Source: Chiloscyllium plagiosum (taxonomy: Eukaryota). Taken from it: a DNA stretch of 52,334 nucleotides. This document shows positions 13,790 to 25,900 of the stretch, one piece after another. The DNA is taken from contig NC_057719.1 in the NCBI RefSeq assembly GCF_004010195.1, positions 57,392,246 to 57,444,579 of the forward strand. The letters are read 5' to 3'. A model generated the notes under the pieces. It saw only the letters and a list, made by a program, of their open reading frames with translations, searched no databases and was not told the origin of the DNA. Position numbers and translations under genes: made by a program. The stretch's first letter is position 1. Each line of letters opens with the position of its first letter.

Positions 13790-14310
13790 AATTGGGAGCA
13801 TGAAAGTGTCCATATCTAGATCAGTGCATGCAGTTTAGGTCTCCTTCTGCAAAAGACATACCTATCTTGAAAGAAGTGCAATAAAAGCTTCACTAGATTG
13901 ATTTCATATGAAGAGATATTTGTGAGGAGGGATTGATTTAAGTCGGCTGATATTTTGCAGAATTTAAAAGAATGAGAGGCAATCTCACTGAAACAAAATT
14001 CTTAAGAGAATTATTAGGGCAGATGTTTTCTTTGGCTGGTTCAGTTTCAGTATAATAATTCAGCTATTTAGATCAGGGTTGAAATACTTGTTTCCTCCGT
14101 GTTGTGAATCTTTGGATTTTCTCTACCCCAGAGGGCACTGAATGTTTAATCATCGAGTATACACAACACGGGATGATAAGACTTTTTCAGATATAAAGGG
14201 GATCAAGGTGTGGCAAGATGGTCAGGAACTTAAAACAACAAGTGATGATTTTACCGAACAGTGAAGCAGGTTCAAAGGACCAAATCGTTTACTCTTGCTG
14301 CTATTTTCCT
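13790..14310 (+). mobile_element. Highly decayed CR1 3' fragment
   Basis: Remnants of the QFWSP / RMRGNL / VVNLW region and 3'UTR. Confidence 0.6.
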
Positions 14311-14954
14311 GCAGCGTACTGAATATGACTGAAATATTCTGAATAATTAAACTCAGGTCTTAATTATTTAGTGCATCATCCAAATGAGATAAGCCCTGAA
14401 TTTCTACTTCAAATTTGAAGATGAATATAAATAGTTCAAATCTATTTTACCCATGTAGAATATTTACAACATATGAAGATGAAATAATTTCAAAATACAA
14501 AGTTTCATTTGCCACAGAAGTATCTACTTGCATATAGTAAATTACATGTTTCAAGAAAATCACCTCAAGTTTTGACTTCATGTTAGGTTTTCTTGAAAGC
14601 AATGAACAGGTAGGACTTACAACCACAGAATACTGTGAATACTCATTTTGCTTTTTGACTTTTAAAACAGTAACAATGCTCACCCTAACTTCATCTGTAG
14701 TTATACTCATTAGACTTAACAGAGGAGGCAATCTCCAGACAATGTTGCCACACACTGGGAATTACAAACTTGCATAATCTTTAAACATTGAGCACATTGA
14801 AACTTCTGGGAAGTCTCAGTCATCACAGACACCCAGAAACCAAAGGTTCGAACTTTTTAAAAAAAGAACTGCAGTCAGACATCCACTTGAAACAAAATTG
14901 TAGATATTTGAAAGCAACGTTTAAGTTGTGTTACCATTTTTATACTTTTTTAAA

Positions 14955-16268
14955 ATGTAACAAAGAGGATTGATGAGGGCGGAGTGGTAGATGTGATCTA
15001 TCTGAACTTCAGAAAGGCGTTTGACAAGGTTCCCCATGGGAGACTGGTTAGCAAGGTTAGATCTCATGGAATACAGGGAGAACTTGCCATTTGGATACAG
15101 AACTGGCTCAAAAGGTAGAAGACAGATGGTGGTGGAGGGTTGTTTTTCAGACTGGAAGTCTGGAAAAGACTTTGTTGATTTATCCTATTCATGCTCCTCC
15201 TGATTTTATAAACCTCTATAAGGTCACCCCTCAGCCTCTGATGCTCCAGGGAAAATAGCCCTATCCTATTCAACCTCTCCCTATAGCTCAAATCAAGGAT
15301 GGTGCTACATCCACTACTTTTCATCATTTATATAAATGATTTGGATGCAAGCATAAGAGGTATAGTTAGTAAGTTTGCTGATGAAACCAAAACTGGAGGT
15401 GTAGTGGACAGCGAAGTTTACCTCAGATTACAATGGGATCTTGATCAGATGGGCCAACGGGCTGAAAAGTGGCAGATGGAGTTTTACATAAATGTGAAGT
15501 GCTGCATTTTGGGAAAACAAATCTTAGCAGGACTTATACACTTAAAGGTAAGGTCCTAGGGAGTGTTGCTGAACAAAGAGACCTTGGAATGCAGGTTCAT
15601 AGTTCCTTGAAAATGGAGTAACAGATGGATAGGATAGTGAAGGTGTTTGGTATGCTTTCTTTTATTGTTCAGAATATTGAGTACAGGAGTTGGGAGGTCA
15701 TGTTGCAACTGTACAGGACATTAGTTAGGCCACTGTTGGAATTTTGCATGCAATTCTGGTCTTCTTCCTATCAGAAAAATGTTGTGAACTTGAAATGGTT
15801 CAGAAAACATTTACAAGGATGTTGCCAGGGTTGGTGGAGTTGAACTATAGGGAGAGGTTGACTAGGCTGGGACTGTTTTCCCTGGAGCGTCAGAGGTGGA
15901 GGGGTGACCTTATAGAGGTTTATAAAATCATGAGGAGCATGGATAGGATAAATAGGCAAAGTAATTTCCCTGGGGTGGGGAAGTCCTGAACTAGAGGGCA
16001 TAGGTTTAGGGTGAGGAGAATAAAAGAGACCCAAAGGGCAACTTTTTCACGCAGAGGGTGGTATGTGTATGGAATGAGCTGCCAGAGGAAGTGATGGTGT
16101 CTTGTACAATTGCTACATTTAAAAGACATCTGGATGGATATATGAATAGGAAGGGTTTGGAGGGTTATGGGCAAGGTACTGGCAGGTGGGACTAGAGTGG
16201 GTTGGGATATCTGACATGGAAGAGTTGGACCAAAGGGTCTATTTCCGTGCTGTACATCTCTATGACTC
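14955..16268 (+). mobile_element. Young 5'-truncated CR1 LINE with an internal inverted CR1 segment (15162-15292)
   Basis: IYINDLD/KFADETK, LYRTLVRP and RGDLIEVYK motifs; tail tctctatgactc. Confidence 0.93.
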
Positions 16269-17801
16269 AATGATGGACAGAGCTAAGCGAGCCCACAAAC
16301 AACGGAACAGATCTAAACTCTGCAGTTCAGCACAATCATGAATAGTGTTGGACAATTGAACAGCTCACTGGAAGTGTAGGCTCCACAAATATCCCCATGC
16401 TCAATGATGGAAGAGCCCAGCACTAAAGGATAAGGCTGAAGCATTCACAGCAATCTTTAGCCAAATTGCCAAGTGGATGATCCATTAACTGCCTCCGGTA
16501 TCACAGACAGCAGTCTTCAGTCAATTCAATTCACTCAACATGACATCAAGAAATGGTTTGGGAGCACTGGATACTGCAAAGGCTAAGGGGCTTAACAACA
16601 TTCCAGCAACATTAGTGAAGACTTGTGCTTCAGAACTTGTCACATGCCTAGCCAAATTCATCCAGTACAGGTACAACACAAATCCACATGATAATGGGTA
16701 AAATTGCCTAGGAATGTCCTGTACAAACAAAGCAAGATAGGTCCAAACCAATCAATTATCACTCCAGTCTAGACACCTCCCTCCCCTTCCTGGACCTCTC
16801 CATCTCCATTAGTGACGACCGACTTGACACTGACATTTTTTACAAACCCACCAACTCCCACAGCTACCTGGATTACACCCTTGGTATCGCGAGTAAGGGA
16901 TGTAGAATATTTTTGTATCGAGATTGGAGGCTGAGGGGTGACCTTAGAGGTTTCCAAAATTGAGTATGGATAGGGTAAACAGACGACGAGTCTTTTCCCT
17001 GGGGTGGGGAAGTCCTGAACTAGAGGGCATAGGTTTAGGGTGAGGAGAATAAAAGAGACCCAAAGGGCAACTTTTTCACGCAGAGGGTGGTATGTGTATG
17101 GAATGAGCTGCCAGAGGAAGTGATGGTGTCTTGTACAATTGCTACATTTAAAAGACATCTGGATGGATATATGAATAGGAAGGGTTTGGAGGGTTATGGG
17201 CAAGGTACTGGCAGGTGGGACTAGAGTGGGTTGGGATATCTGACATGGAAGAGTTGGACCAAAGGGTCTATTTCCGTGCTGTACATCTCTATGACTCAAT
17301 GATGGACAGAGCTAAGCGAGCCCACAAACAACGGAACAGATCTAAACTCTGCAGTTCAGCACAATCATGAATAGTGTTGGACAATTGAACAGCTCACTGG
17401 AAGTGTAGGCTCCACAAATATCCCCATGCTCAATGATGGAAGAGCCCAGCACTAAAGGATAAGGCTGAAGCATTCACAGCAATCTTTAGCCAAATTGCCA
17501 AGTGGATGATCCATTAACTGCCTCCGGTATCACAGACAGCAGTCTTCAGTCAATTCATTTCACTCAACATGACATCAAGAAATGGTTTGGGAGCACTGGA
17601 TACTGCAAAGGCTAAGGGGCTTAACAACATTCCAGCAACATTAGTGAAGACTTGTGCTTCAGAACTTGTCACATGCCTAGCCAAATTCATCCAGTACAGG
17701 TACAACACAAATCCACATGATAATGGGTAAAATTGCCTAGGAATGTCCTGTACAAACAAAGCAAGATAGGTCCAACCCAATCAATTATCACTCCAGTCTA
17801 G
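15965..17801 (+). repeat. Near-identical 808-bp direct duplication (15965-16772 and 16994-17801)
   Basis: Constant offset of 1029 nt with only about 2 mismatches seen by eye. It spans a CR1/other-LINE junction. Confidence 0.95.
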
Positions 17802-18960
17802 TCTCGATCAGTGTAAAGCGATGGAAGGTGTCATCAACAGTGCTATCAAACAGCAGCTGCTCAGCAATAACCTGTTCAAGTATTGCCCAGTCTTGGTTCT
17901 GCCAGAGTCACTCAGCTCCTGACCTCATTATAGCCTTTGTTCAAACATGGCCAAACAGCTGAATTCCAGAGGTCAGACGAGAGTGACAGCCCTTGATATT
18001 AAGGCCACATTCAATCAAAAATAGTATCGAGGACACCTAACAAAATTGGATTCAATGGGAATCAGGGGGCAAACTCTCCAGTGATCGGAGTCATATCCGG
18101 CACATAGGTTATTGAAGGTCAGTTATTTCAGCTCCAGGACATCTCTGCAAGAGTTAGTCAGGGTAGTGCCCAAGACCCAACTATCTTCAGCTTTATCATC
18201 AATGACCTTCCCTCCATCATAAGGTCAGAAGTGGAGATGTTCACTGATGTTTGCACAGTGTTCAGCAACATTTGCAACTCCTCAGTTACTGAAGCAATCC
18301 AAGTCCAAAAACAATAAGACCATGAAAATATCCAGGCTTGGGCTGAAAAGGAGAAAATACCATTCCCACCACCTAACTGCCAGAGAATGACCATCTTCAA
18401 ATATGAGACAATCTAACAACTGCCACTCAACATTAAATAGCATTAAAAATCAGTGAATTCCCACTATCAACATCCTGGAGGTTACCATTACATAGAAACA
18501 GAACTGGACCAGCCACATAAATACTGTGGATACAACAGCTGGTCAGAGGCCAGGAATACTGAGCTAGTAATCCACCTCCCAACTCCCCAAAGTCTGTCCA
18601 CCTACTGCAAGTCAGGAGTTTGATCGAGTACTCCCCACTTGCCAAGATGAATGTAGCTCCCACAACACTCAAGAAGCTTGACACCATTCAGGATAAAGTA
18701 GCCCGCTCAATTGGCGCCACATCCACTCCCTCCAACACTGACACTCAGTTATAATAGTGTGTACTATCTAAAAGACACACTTCAGATAATCACCAAAGCT
18801 CCTTAGATGGCACCTTCCAAACCCACAACCACTTCCATCTGGAAGGATAAAGGCAACAGATTCAAGGAAATAGCACCACCTGCAAGTTCTTTTGCAAACT
18901 ACTCACCATCCTGACTTAGAAATATATTGCCATTCCTTCACTATCACTGTGTCAAAATTA
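16269..18960 (+). mobile_element. Non-CR1 LINE ORF2 (RT) remnant (clade uncertain), partly duplicated
   Basis: Degenerate RT motifs: ALDIKATF, QGSAQDPTIFSFIINDLPS, FTDVC. Its 3' end (ccatcctgacttagaaatatattgccattccttcact) recurs at about 37984. Confidence 0.75.
16772..16879 (+). mobile_element. Penelope-like element RT fragment
   Basis: Translates as DTSLPFLDLSISISDDRLDTDIFYKPTNSHSYLDYT (PLE FLD / YxKPT / YLxY motifs). Confidence 0.85.
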
Positions 18961-19400
18961 TGTCAAGTTCAACTCTTTGCCCTGTGATTGGATCAAAACC
19001 ATAATGAGTTCAGGAGTAAGGTGGCCCTGCTGGAATCCAAATGAGTGCCAGTGACCGGGTTTTTTCGAATAAGTGAGACGTAATAGCACTTTCAATGAAA
19101 CTTTCTTTCACTTTGCTGATGATTAAGAGCAAACTAATCAGGCAATAACAGTCCTGTTTGGATTTGTCCTAGTGTTTGTGAATGAAATGTACGCGGAGTT
19201 GAAGTTGAAATATATTAGCCAGGATGAACTTAATTCTGAAGCACAGATCTAATTCCAGTATCTCCACATATGCAAAAGTTCAGTTTTTTTTAAAACCAAG
19301 GCTGTTAATATTGAACATTTCTCAAAACTGGCACTTTATATCTCCTGAAGATAATGTAGGGAAGCAAATTTTAAAAATTAAAATGAACACTATCAAAGCT

Positions 19401-19406
19401 TTTATT
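19401..19406 (-). terminator. Candidate MBIP polyadenylation signal AATAAA (a second one at 19591-19596)
   Basis: tttatt on + strand about 490 nt after the stop, followed on the minus strand by a T-rich tract. Confidence 0.5.
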
Positions 19407-19888
19407 GCACCATTGTGCATACACAAAATTAACACAATAGTTACATGAACACTGAATGCTTAAAATATGGTTTACTCAAGTTGCTTGTTTGGTCAGCATT
19501 TGATACTTTTGACATTAAAGCGACCCGATACCAAAATCCAAAATTTTGTACAAAACACATAATACACATGCTGCCACAACACAAATTCTGTTTATTCTGA
19601 GTAGTGGGATACAAATATTTCTCAGACTCCCCTATTCTGACCACTTCTGAAGAGTAATGGCTGCTTTTCCCATTTATCGGAGAACTAGAACGAGCAAATA
19701 ACTTTATAAGAGCCAAACTAACATTTTCAATCCAGACTACGGACTTCAGATAGCAGCATTTGAATGACAATTGCATCACTTCAGCAGGCTTTCATTTCCT
19801 GAAATAAAAAGTTTTTAAAAATTAGTAATCGACTAATTTGGCTGATTTTAAAGTCAAGTTACAAAGTCCAATTTTAAAAAGTGTGGCA

Positions 19889-19999
19889 TTACATAGGCAT
19901 CTTGTCAGCTTCTGTTGGTAGAGTCTGGTCATTTGCTTTCTGCAACAGCACTGCCTTCAGTTCATTAATCTTCTCATCAATTTCTATCAGACTGTAGCC
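19889..19999 (-). CDS. MBIP: MBIP coding exon 9, terminal (GYSLIEIDEKINELKAVLLQKANDQTLPTEADKMPM*)
   Basis: 111 nt including TAA, acceptor gttgcag|. Matches MBIP YSLAELDEKISALKQALLRK. Confidence 0.92.
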   Translation of the reverse strand, partial: GYSLIEIDEKINELKAVLLQKANDQTLPTEADKMPM

Positions 20000-22900
20000 C
20001 TGCAACACAAATAATTTAAAAGTATTTAAATGTGCAATACACTGGGATAAACAACTGTAATTATGCTTCTCAATTAGAAGCAGCATGATGCAACGCAAAC
20101 ATTTCAAATGAAAAAAAGCAGCCACATTTAGCAGCCTTTTACATAATATGAGCTCTGTTTATTTGCTTTGGCATTCAGATACCAAGCTGAACTTGATGCA
20201 ACAACAAGGTAGGACATTTAGGCATTAAAATCTTCTGACTTATTTTAATTAGATCATTCAGATTCTCTTGCTCCCCAAGACTGACAAAGTTGTTTGCCGC
20301 TCATATGCTAATTATAGCAAGTTATGCGCACTTAACGTCATAGAAAGCAAGGCTTGCATTGATCAGTAGTAGTGATACCACAGCATATTAAAGAGCATTC
20401 ACATCAAGACTTCAGTCGTGGCACATTTTGGGTTAGTACAAAGGGAGAGGAGGGGATCGAGAAAATTAGTCTATTCTCTTGACAGTACTGGAAAATCCAG
20501 TGCTGACAGAAGACAATGCTAAAGAAGGGGAGATGAAGAAAGAAAGAGATGAAGAATGTAAAATAAAAGAGAAAATTATATTAAATGTACTTTTATAGTG
20601 CACTGAAAACTGCTCTAATTTCACTGTAATATAAATAGGAACCACGCTTTTAGTTTGCTGACACATTCCAGAGTCCGAGGCATACATATTCAAATCTAAG
20701 CACTAAACTATTTGCACACTTTGCTGCAAATAGGAATGAATGAAAAGAGGAAAAAGTACAAGCAGCTGTTTTTAATCACTAAACTGTAACTGAGTTTTTG
20801 TATTTCACTTTAAAAGCTATTTTCTAACATACTTCGTATAAGCCACCTGTAGTGCAAGCAGATCTGCATTAACAGTGAATTATGCCGAATTAGGCACCCA
20901 CATTAAAACCAAAAATAAATGCAGCATTCAGGAATTTCAAACCCATTGGTTCAGTAAGGAATGTGTACTTTCCATGTTTAAGATAAACAGGAGTTGGGTG
21001 CGCTCAGTCAAAAAACAGCAGCCCAGATTTTTATCACCATTTAGCTGCTAAGATTGAAAAGAAAGAGAAAGTGAAGAAGGAGAACTGACAAAAATATCCC
21101 TATCACTTCATATGGAAGCACTATAAATATAATATCATTAAATGACCACACATCCATGACCTCAGACTATACTGTATAAAATATTGAACATCGATGCAAA
21201 AAGACATACCTGAATTGTTTCATGAACTTTACGCCTTTTGCTTGGAAAATTCTGCAAAAGATATTCGTTTTTCCATTAGTGATAATTATTGATAATGTGA
21301 TGGAAACCATTACGAAACTGCAAAATCTAAAACATATCAGCTAAAGACTTCAGCAGCCGATATTTTAACCCCATGAAAACAAAATAATTGGAATAAAGCA
21401 TTTTTCTATTCTTAACTCCCCCACAAATTATCAGGAAAATTACTATTCGCTGTGATATAGTCTAAATGCATCATTCATTAAAGAGAGTTTTAATAAGTTC
21501 TAAAGATCCCTCTGACCATCATAACATTTCGAGTCATAGAGATGTACAGCACGGAAACAGACCCTTCCGTCCAACCTGTCCATGCCAACCAGATATCGCA
21601 ACCCAATCTAGTCCCACCTGCCAGCACCTGGCCCACATCCCTCCAAACCCTTCCTATTCATATACCCATCCAGATACCTTTTAAATGTTGCAATTGTACT
21701 AGCCTCCACCACTTCCTCTGGCAGCTCATTCCATACACGTACCATGCTGTGTGAAAATGTTGCCCTTAGGTCTCTTTTATATCTTTCCCCTCTCACCCTA
21801 AACCTAGTTCTGGACTCCCCAACCCCCTGAAGAAGGGCTTTTGCCTTAAACGTCGATTCTCCTGCTCCTCTGATGCTGCCTGGCCTGCTGTGTTTTTCCA
21901 GCACATTTTTCAACTCTGGTACTCCTGCATCTGCAGTCCTCACTTTCTCCCAGGGAAAACACTGTCTGTTTATCCTATCCATGCCCTCATGATTTTATAA
22001 ACTTCTATAAAAGTCACCCCTCAGCTTCCGGCGTTCCAGGCAAAAACAGCCCTAGCCTAGTCAAATCCTCTCATATCTTTTCTGAACTCTTTCAAGTTAC
22101 ACAATATCTTTCCGATAAGAAGGAGACCAGAATTGCCCGCAATATTCCATCAGTGGCCTAACCAATGTTCTGTACAACTGCAACATGATCTCCCAACTCC
22201 TGTACCCAATACTCTGACCAATAAAAGAAAGCATACCAAACACCTTTGTCACTATCCTATCTGCCTGTGACTCCACTTTCAAGGAACTGTGTACCTGCAC
22301 TCCAAGGTCTCTTTGTTCAGCAACATTCTCTAGAACTTTACCATAAAGTGTATAAGTCCTGCTAAGATTTGCTTTCCCAAAATGCAGCACCTCACATTTA
22401 TCTGAATTAAACTCCATCTGTCACTTCTCAGACCACTGGCCCATCTGATCAAGATTCCGTTGTAATCTGAGGTAACCTTCTTCGCTGTCCACTACACCTC
22501 CAATTTTGGTGTCATCGCAAACTTATTAACTATACCTCTTAAGCTCATATTTATGTAAAATGAATATAATTTATTGTCTTGCAGGATTTGTAGCAGGATA
22601 TTTAAAGTGTATACAGGGTGAAATGATTCTGACCACTTCAAATGACGAATTAATGGGAAATTTGGGTTAATCAAAAATGGAAAATAAGAACTTATGTTTA
22701 TGGAACATATTGGCATGGACAGAAGATTGGCTGCCTAAAGGAAGCAGAGAGTAATAGGTGTTTTTCAGGTAGCAGGATGTAACGGTGGTGTGCACAGGGA
22801 CCAGTGCTGGGAACTCAACTGTTAATGATTTATATAACGTATGATTGCCAAATTTCTGAGTGGCAAATATTTGGCAAAAGCAATACAATGACGGAAAATG

Positions 22901-25900
22901 TGAACTACAAGTTTTTGGCACGAAGAATAAAATACCATGCACATTATTGAGACACTGCAAAGCTCCGAGATGCAGTGGGATCTGGGTGCCCTTGTATAGG
23001 AAGTGTAAGAGGTTGGTAAGCAGGTATAACAAGTAATTAAGAAAACAAATAGAATGCTATCATTTATTGCAAGAGGAATTTAATACAAAAGATTAGATTA
23101 GATTAGATTAGAATAAAATACCATGCACATTATTGAGACACTGCAAAGCTCCGAGATGCAGTGGGATCTGGGTGCCCTTGTATAGGAAGTGTAAGAGGTT
23201 GGTAAGCAGGTATAGCAAGTAATTAAGAAAACAAATAGAATGCTATCATTTATTGCAAGAGGAATTTAATACAAAAGGAGGGAGGTTAAGCTTCGGTACT
23301 TGCAGGACATTGGTTAGCCTGTATCTGGTGTTTAACTGAGAAAGACAAGGCCAATAAAATAAGGTAATGAAAGTAACTTAAGGTAAGCAAAGTTAAGTCT
23401 TAAACTAAGGCCTCAAAAGATTTAAATCAAGTACTCTGCAATGGAGCGAGTGTTTGGAGTAAAAGGTCCATAGTATAATTAGTATTCTTTATAGAGAATA
23501 AGTAACAAGCTTAATCCAAAGTGAAATCCTCAGGACCTGATCAGGTGTACCCTAGTACTCTATGGGAAGTTAGAGAAGTGATTGCTGGGCCTCTTGCTGA
23601 GATATTTGTATCAGTGATAGTCACAGGTGAGGTGCCGGAAGACTGGAGGTTGGCAAACGTGGTGCCACTGTTTTAGAATAGTGGTAAGGACAAGCCAGGG
23701 AACTATAGACCAGTGAGCCTGACATCGGTGGTGGGCAAGTTGTTGGAGGGAATCCTGAGGGATAGGATGTACATGTATTTGGAAAGGCAAGGACTGATTA
23801 GGGATAATCAACATGGCTTTGTGCTTGGGAAATCATGTCTCACAAACTTGATTGAGTTTTTTGAGGAAGTAACAAAAGAGGATTGATGAGGGCAGAGCGG
23901 TAGATGTGATCTATTTGGATTTCAGTAAAGCGTTTGACAAGGTTCCCCATGGAAGATTGATTAGCAGGGTTAGATCTCTCGGAAGACAGGGAGAACTAGC
24001 CATTTGGATACAGAACTGGCTCAAAGGTAGAANNNNNNNNNNNNNNNNNNNNNNNNNNNNNNNNNNNNNNNNNNNNNNNNNNNNNNNNNNNNNNNNNNNN
24101 NNNNNNNNNNNNNNNNNNNNNNNNNNNNNNNNNNNNNNNNNNNNNNNNNNNNNNNNNNNNNNNNNNNNNNNNNNNNNNNNNNNNNNNNNNNNNNNNNNNN
24201 NNNNNNNNNNNNNNNNNNNNNNNNNNNNNNNNNNNNNNNNNNNNNNNNNNNNNNNNNNNNNNNNNNNNNNNNNNNNNNNNNNNNNNNNNNNNNNNNNNNN
24301 NNNNNNNNNNNNNNNNNNNNNNNNNNNNNNNNNNNNNNNNNNNNNNNNNNNNNNNNNNNNNNNNNNNNNNNNNNNNNNNNNNNNNNNNNNNNNNNNNNNN
24401 NNNNNNNNNNNNNNNNNNNNNNNNNNNNNNNNNNNNNNNNNNNNNNNNNNNNNNNNNNNNNNNNNNNNNNNNNNNNNNNNNNNNNNNNNNNNNNNNNNNN
24501 NNNNNNNNNNNNNNNNNNNNNNNNNNNNNNNNNNNNNNNNNNNNNNNNNNNNNTGTTTTCCCTGGAGCGTCGGAGGCTGAGGGGTGACCTTATAGACGTT
24601 TACAAAATTATGAGGGGCATGGATAGGGTAAATAGACAAAGTCTTTTCCCTGGAGTTGGGGAGTCCAGAACTAGAGGGTATAGGTTTAGGGTGAGAGGGG
24701 AGAGACCTAAGGGGCAACTTTTTCACACAGAGGGTGGTACATGTATGGAATGAGCTGCCAGAGGAAGTGGTGGAGGATGGTACAATTGTGACATTTAAAA
24801 GGCATTTGGGTGGGTACATGAATAGGAAGGATTTGGAGGGATATGGGTCAGGTGCTGGCAGGTGGGACTAGATTGGTTTGGGATATTTGGTCAGCATGGA
24901 CAGGTTTGACCGAAGGGTCTGTATTCACGCTGTACATCTCTATGACTCTATGTGAAGTCATAGCAACACAGCTCACATCTATCAGATGCTCCTCCTATGT
25001 TACACTTCCAATGACCATGGCAACCATGGTCACGGTGGCACAGTGGTTAGCACTGCTGCCTCACAGCACCAGAGCACCAGAGACCCGGGTTCAATTCCCG
25101 CCTCAGGCGACTGACTGTGTGGAGTTTGCACGTTCTCCCTGTGTCTGCGTGGGTTTGCTCCGGGTGCTCCGGTTTCCTCCCACAGTCCAAAGATGTGCAG
25201 GTCAGGTGAATTGGCCATGCTAAATTGTCCGTAGTGTTAGGTTAGGGGTATGGGTGGGTTGCGCTTCGGCGGGTCGGTGTGGACTTGTTGGGCCGAAGGG
25301 CCTGTTTCCACACTGTAAGTAATCTAATCTAATCTAATCTAATCTAATCTAAACAAAATATGCAGGAAGTGTGTCCAGCTGCAGCTACTAGTAAACCACA
25401 TTTTGGAAGCATGGGTGGACTTGTTGTGGAACATCCATGATGCCGAGCTGGTCATGGACAGCATGTTCGGTGAGGTGTTAACAATATAGATAAAGACTGA
25501 ACAGGCAGAAAGGGGATTGGTGACTACCAGAGTACAGCAAGGCAAGTACGTAGGAGTTGGAGAAAGTGAGAACTGCAGATGCTTGAGATCAGAGTCAAGA
25601 GTGTGGTGCTGGAAAAGCACAGCAGGTCAGGCAGCATCTAAGGAGCAGGAGAATCGACGTTTCGGGCTTAATTAGGCATCTGTATGTAGGAGTTCCCTAT
25701 CACTGTACCCCTCTCAGGGATTTCATTTTGGATATGATTTGGAGTGAAGGGAGAAAATGACTGAGGAGAAAGTGAGGTCTGCAGATGCTGGAGATCAAAG
25801 TTGAAACTTTATTGCTGGAACAGCACAGCAGGTCAGGCAGCATCCAAGGAACAGGAGATTCGACGTTTCGGGCACAGGCCCTTCTTCAGGAATTCCTGAA

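Noticed and set aside
21825..21855. Hammerhead core as a functional ribozyme
   Set aside because: The essential GAAA box reads TAAA and helix II has an extra change, so it is predicted inactive.
23906..24819. Longest ORFs in the track (224 aa and 302 aa)
   Set aside because: They are open only because they read through the N-gap at 24033-24553; the flanks are CR1.
25028..25105. tRNA-like A/B boxes (also at 39380, 49182 and 50770)
   Set aside because: These are HE1 SINE heads followed by a V-domain and LINE-like tail, not tRNA genes.
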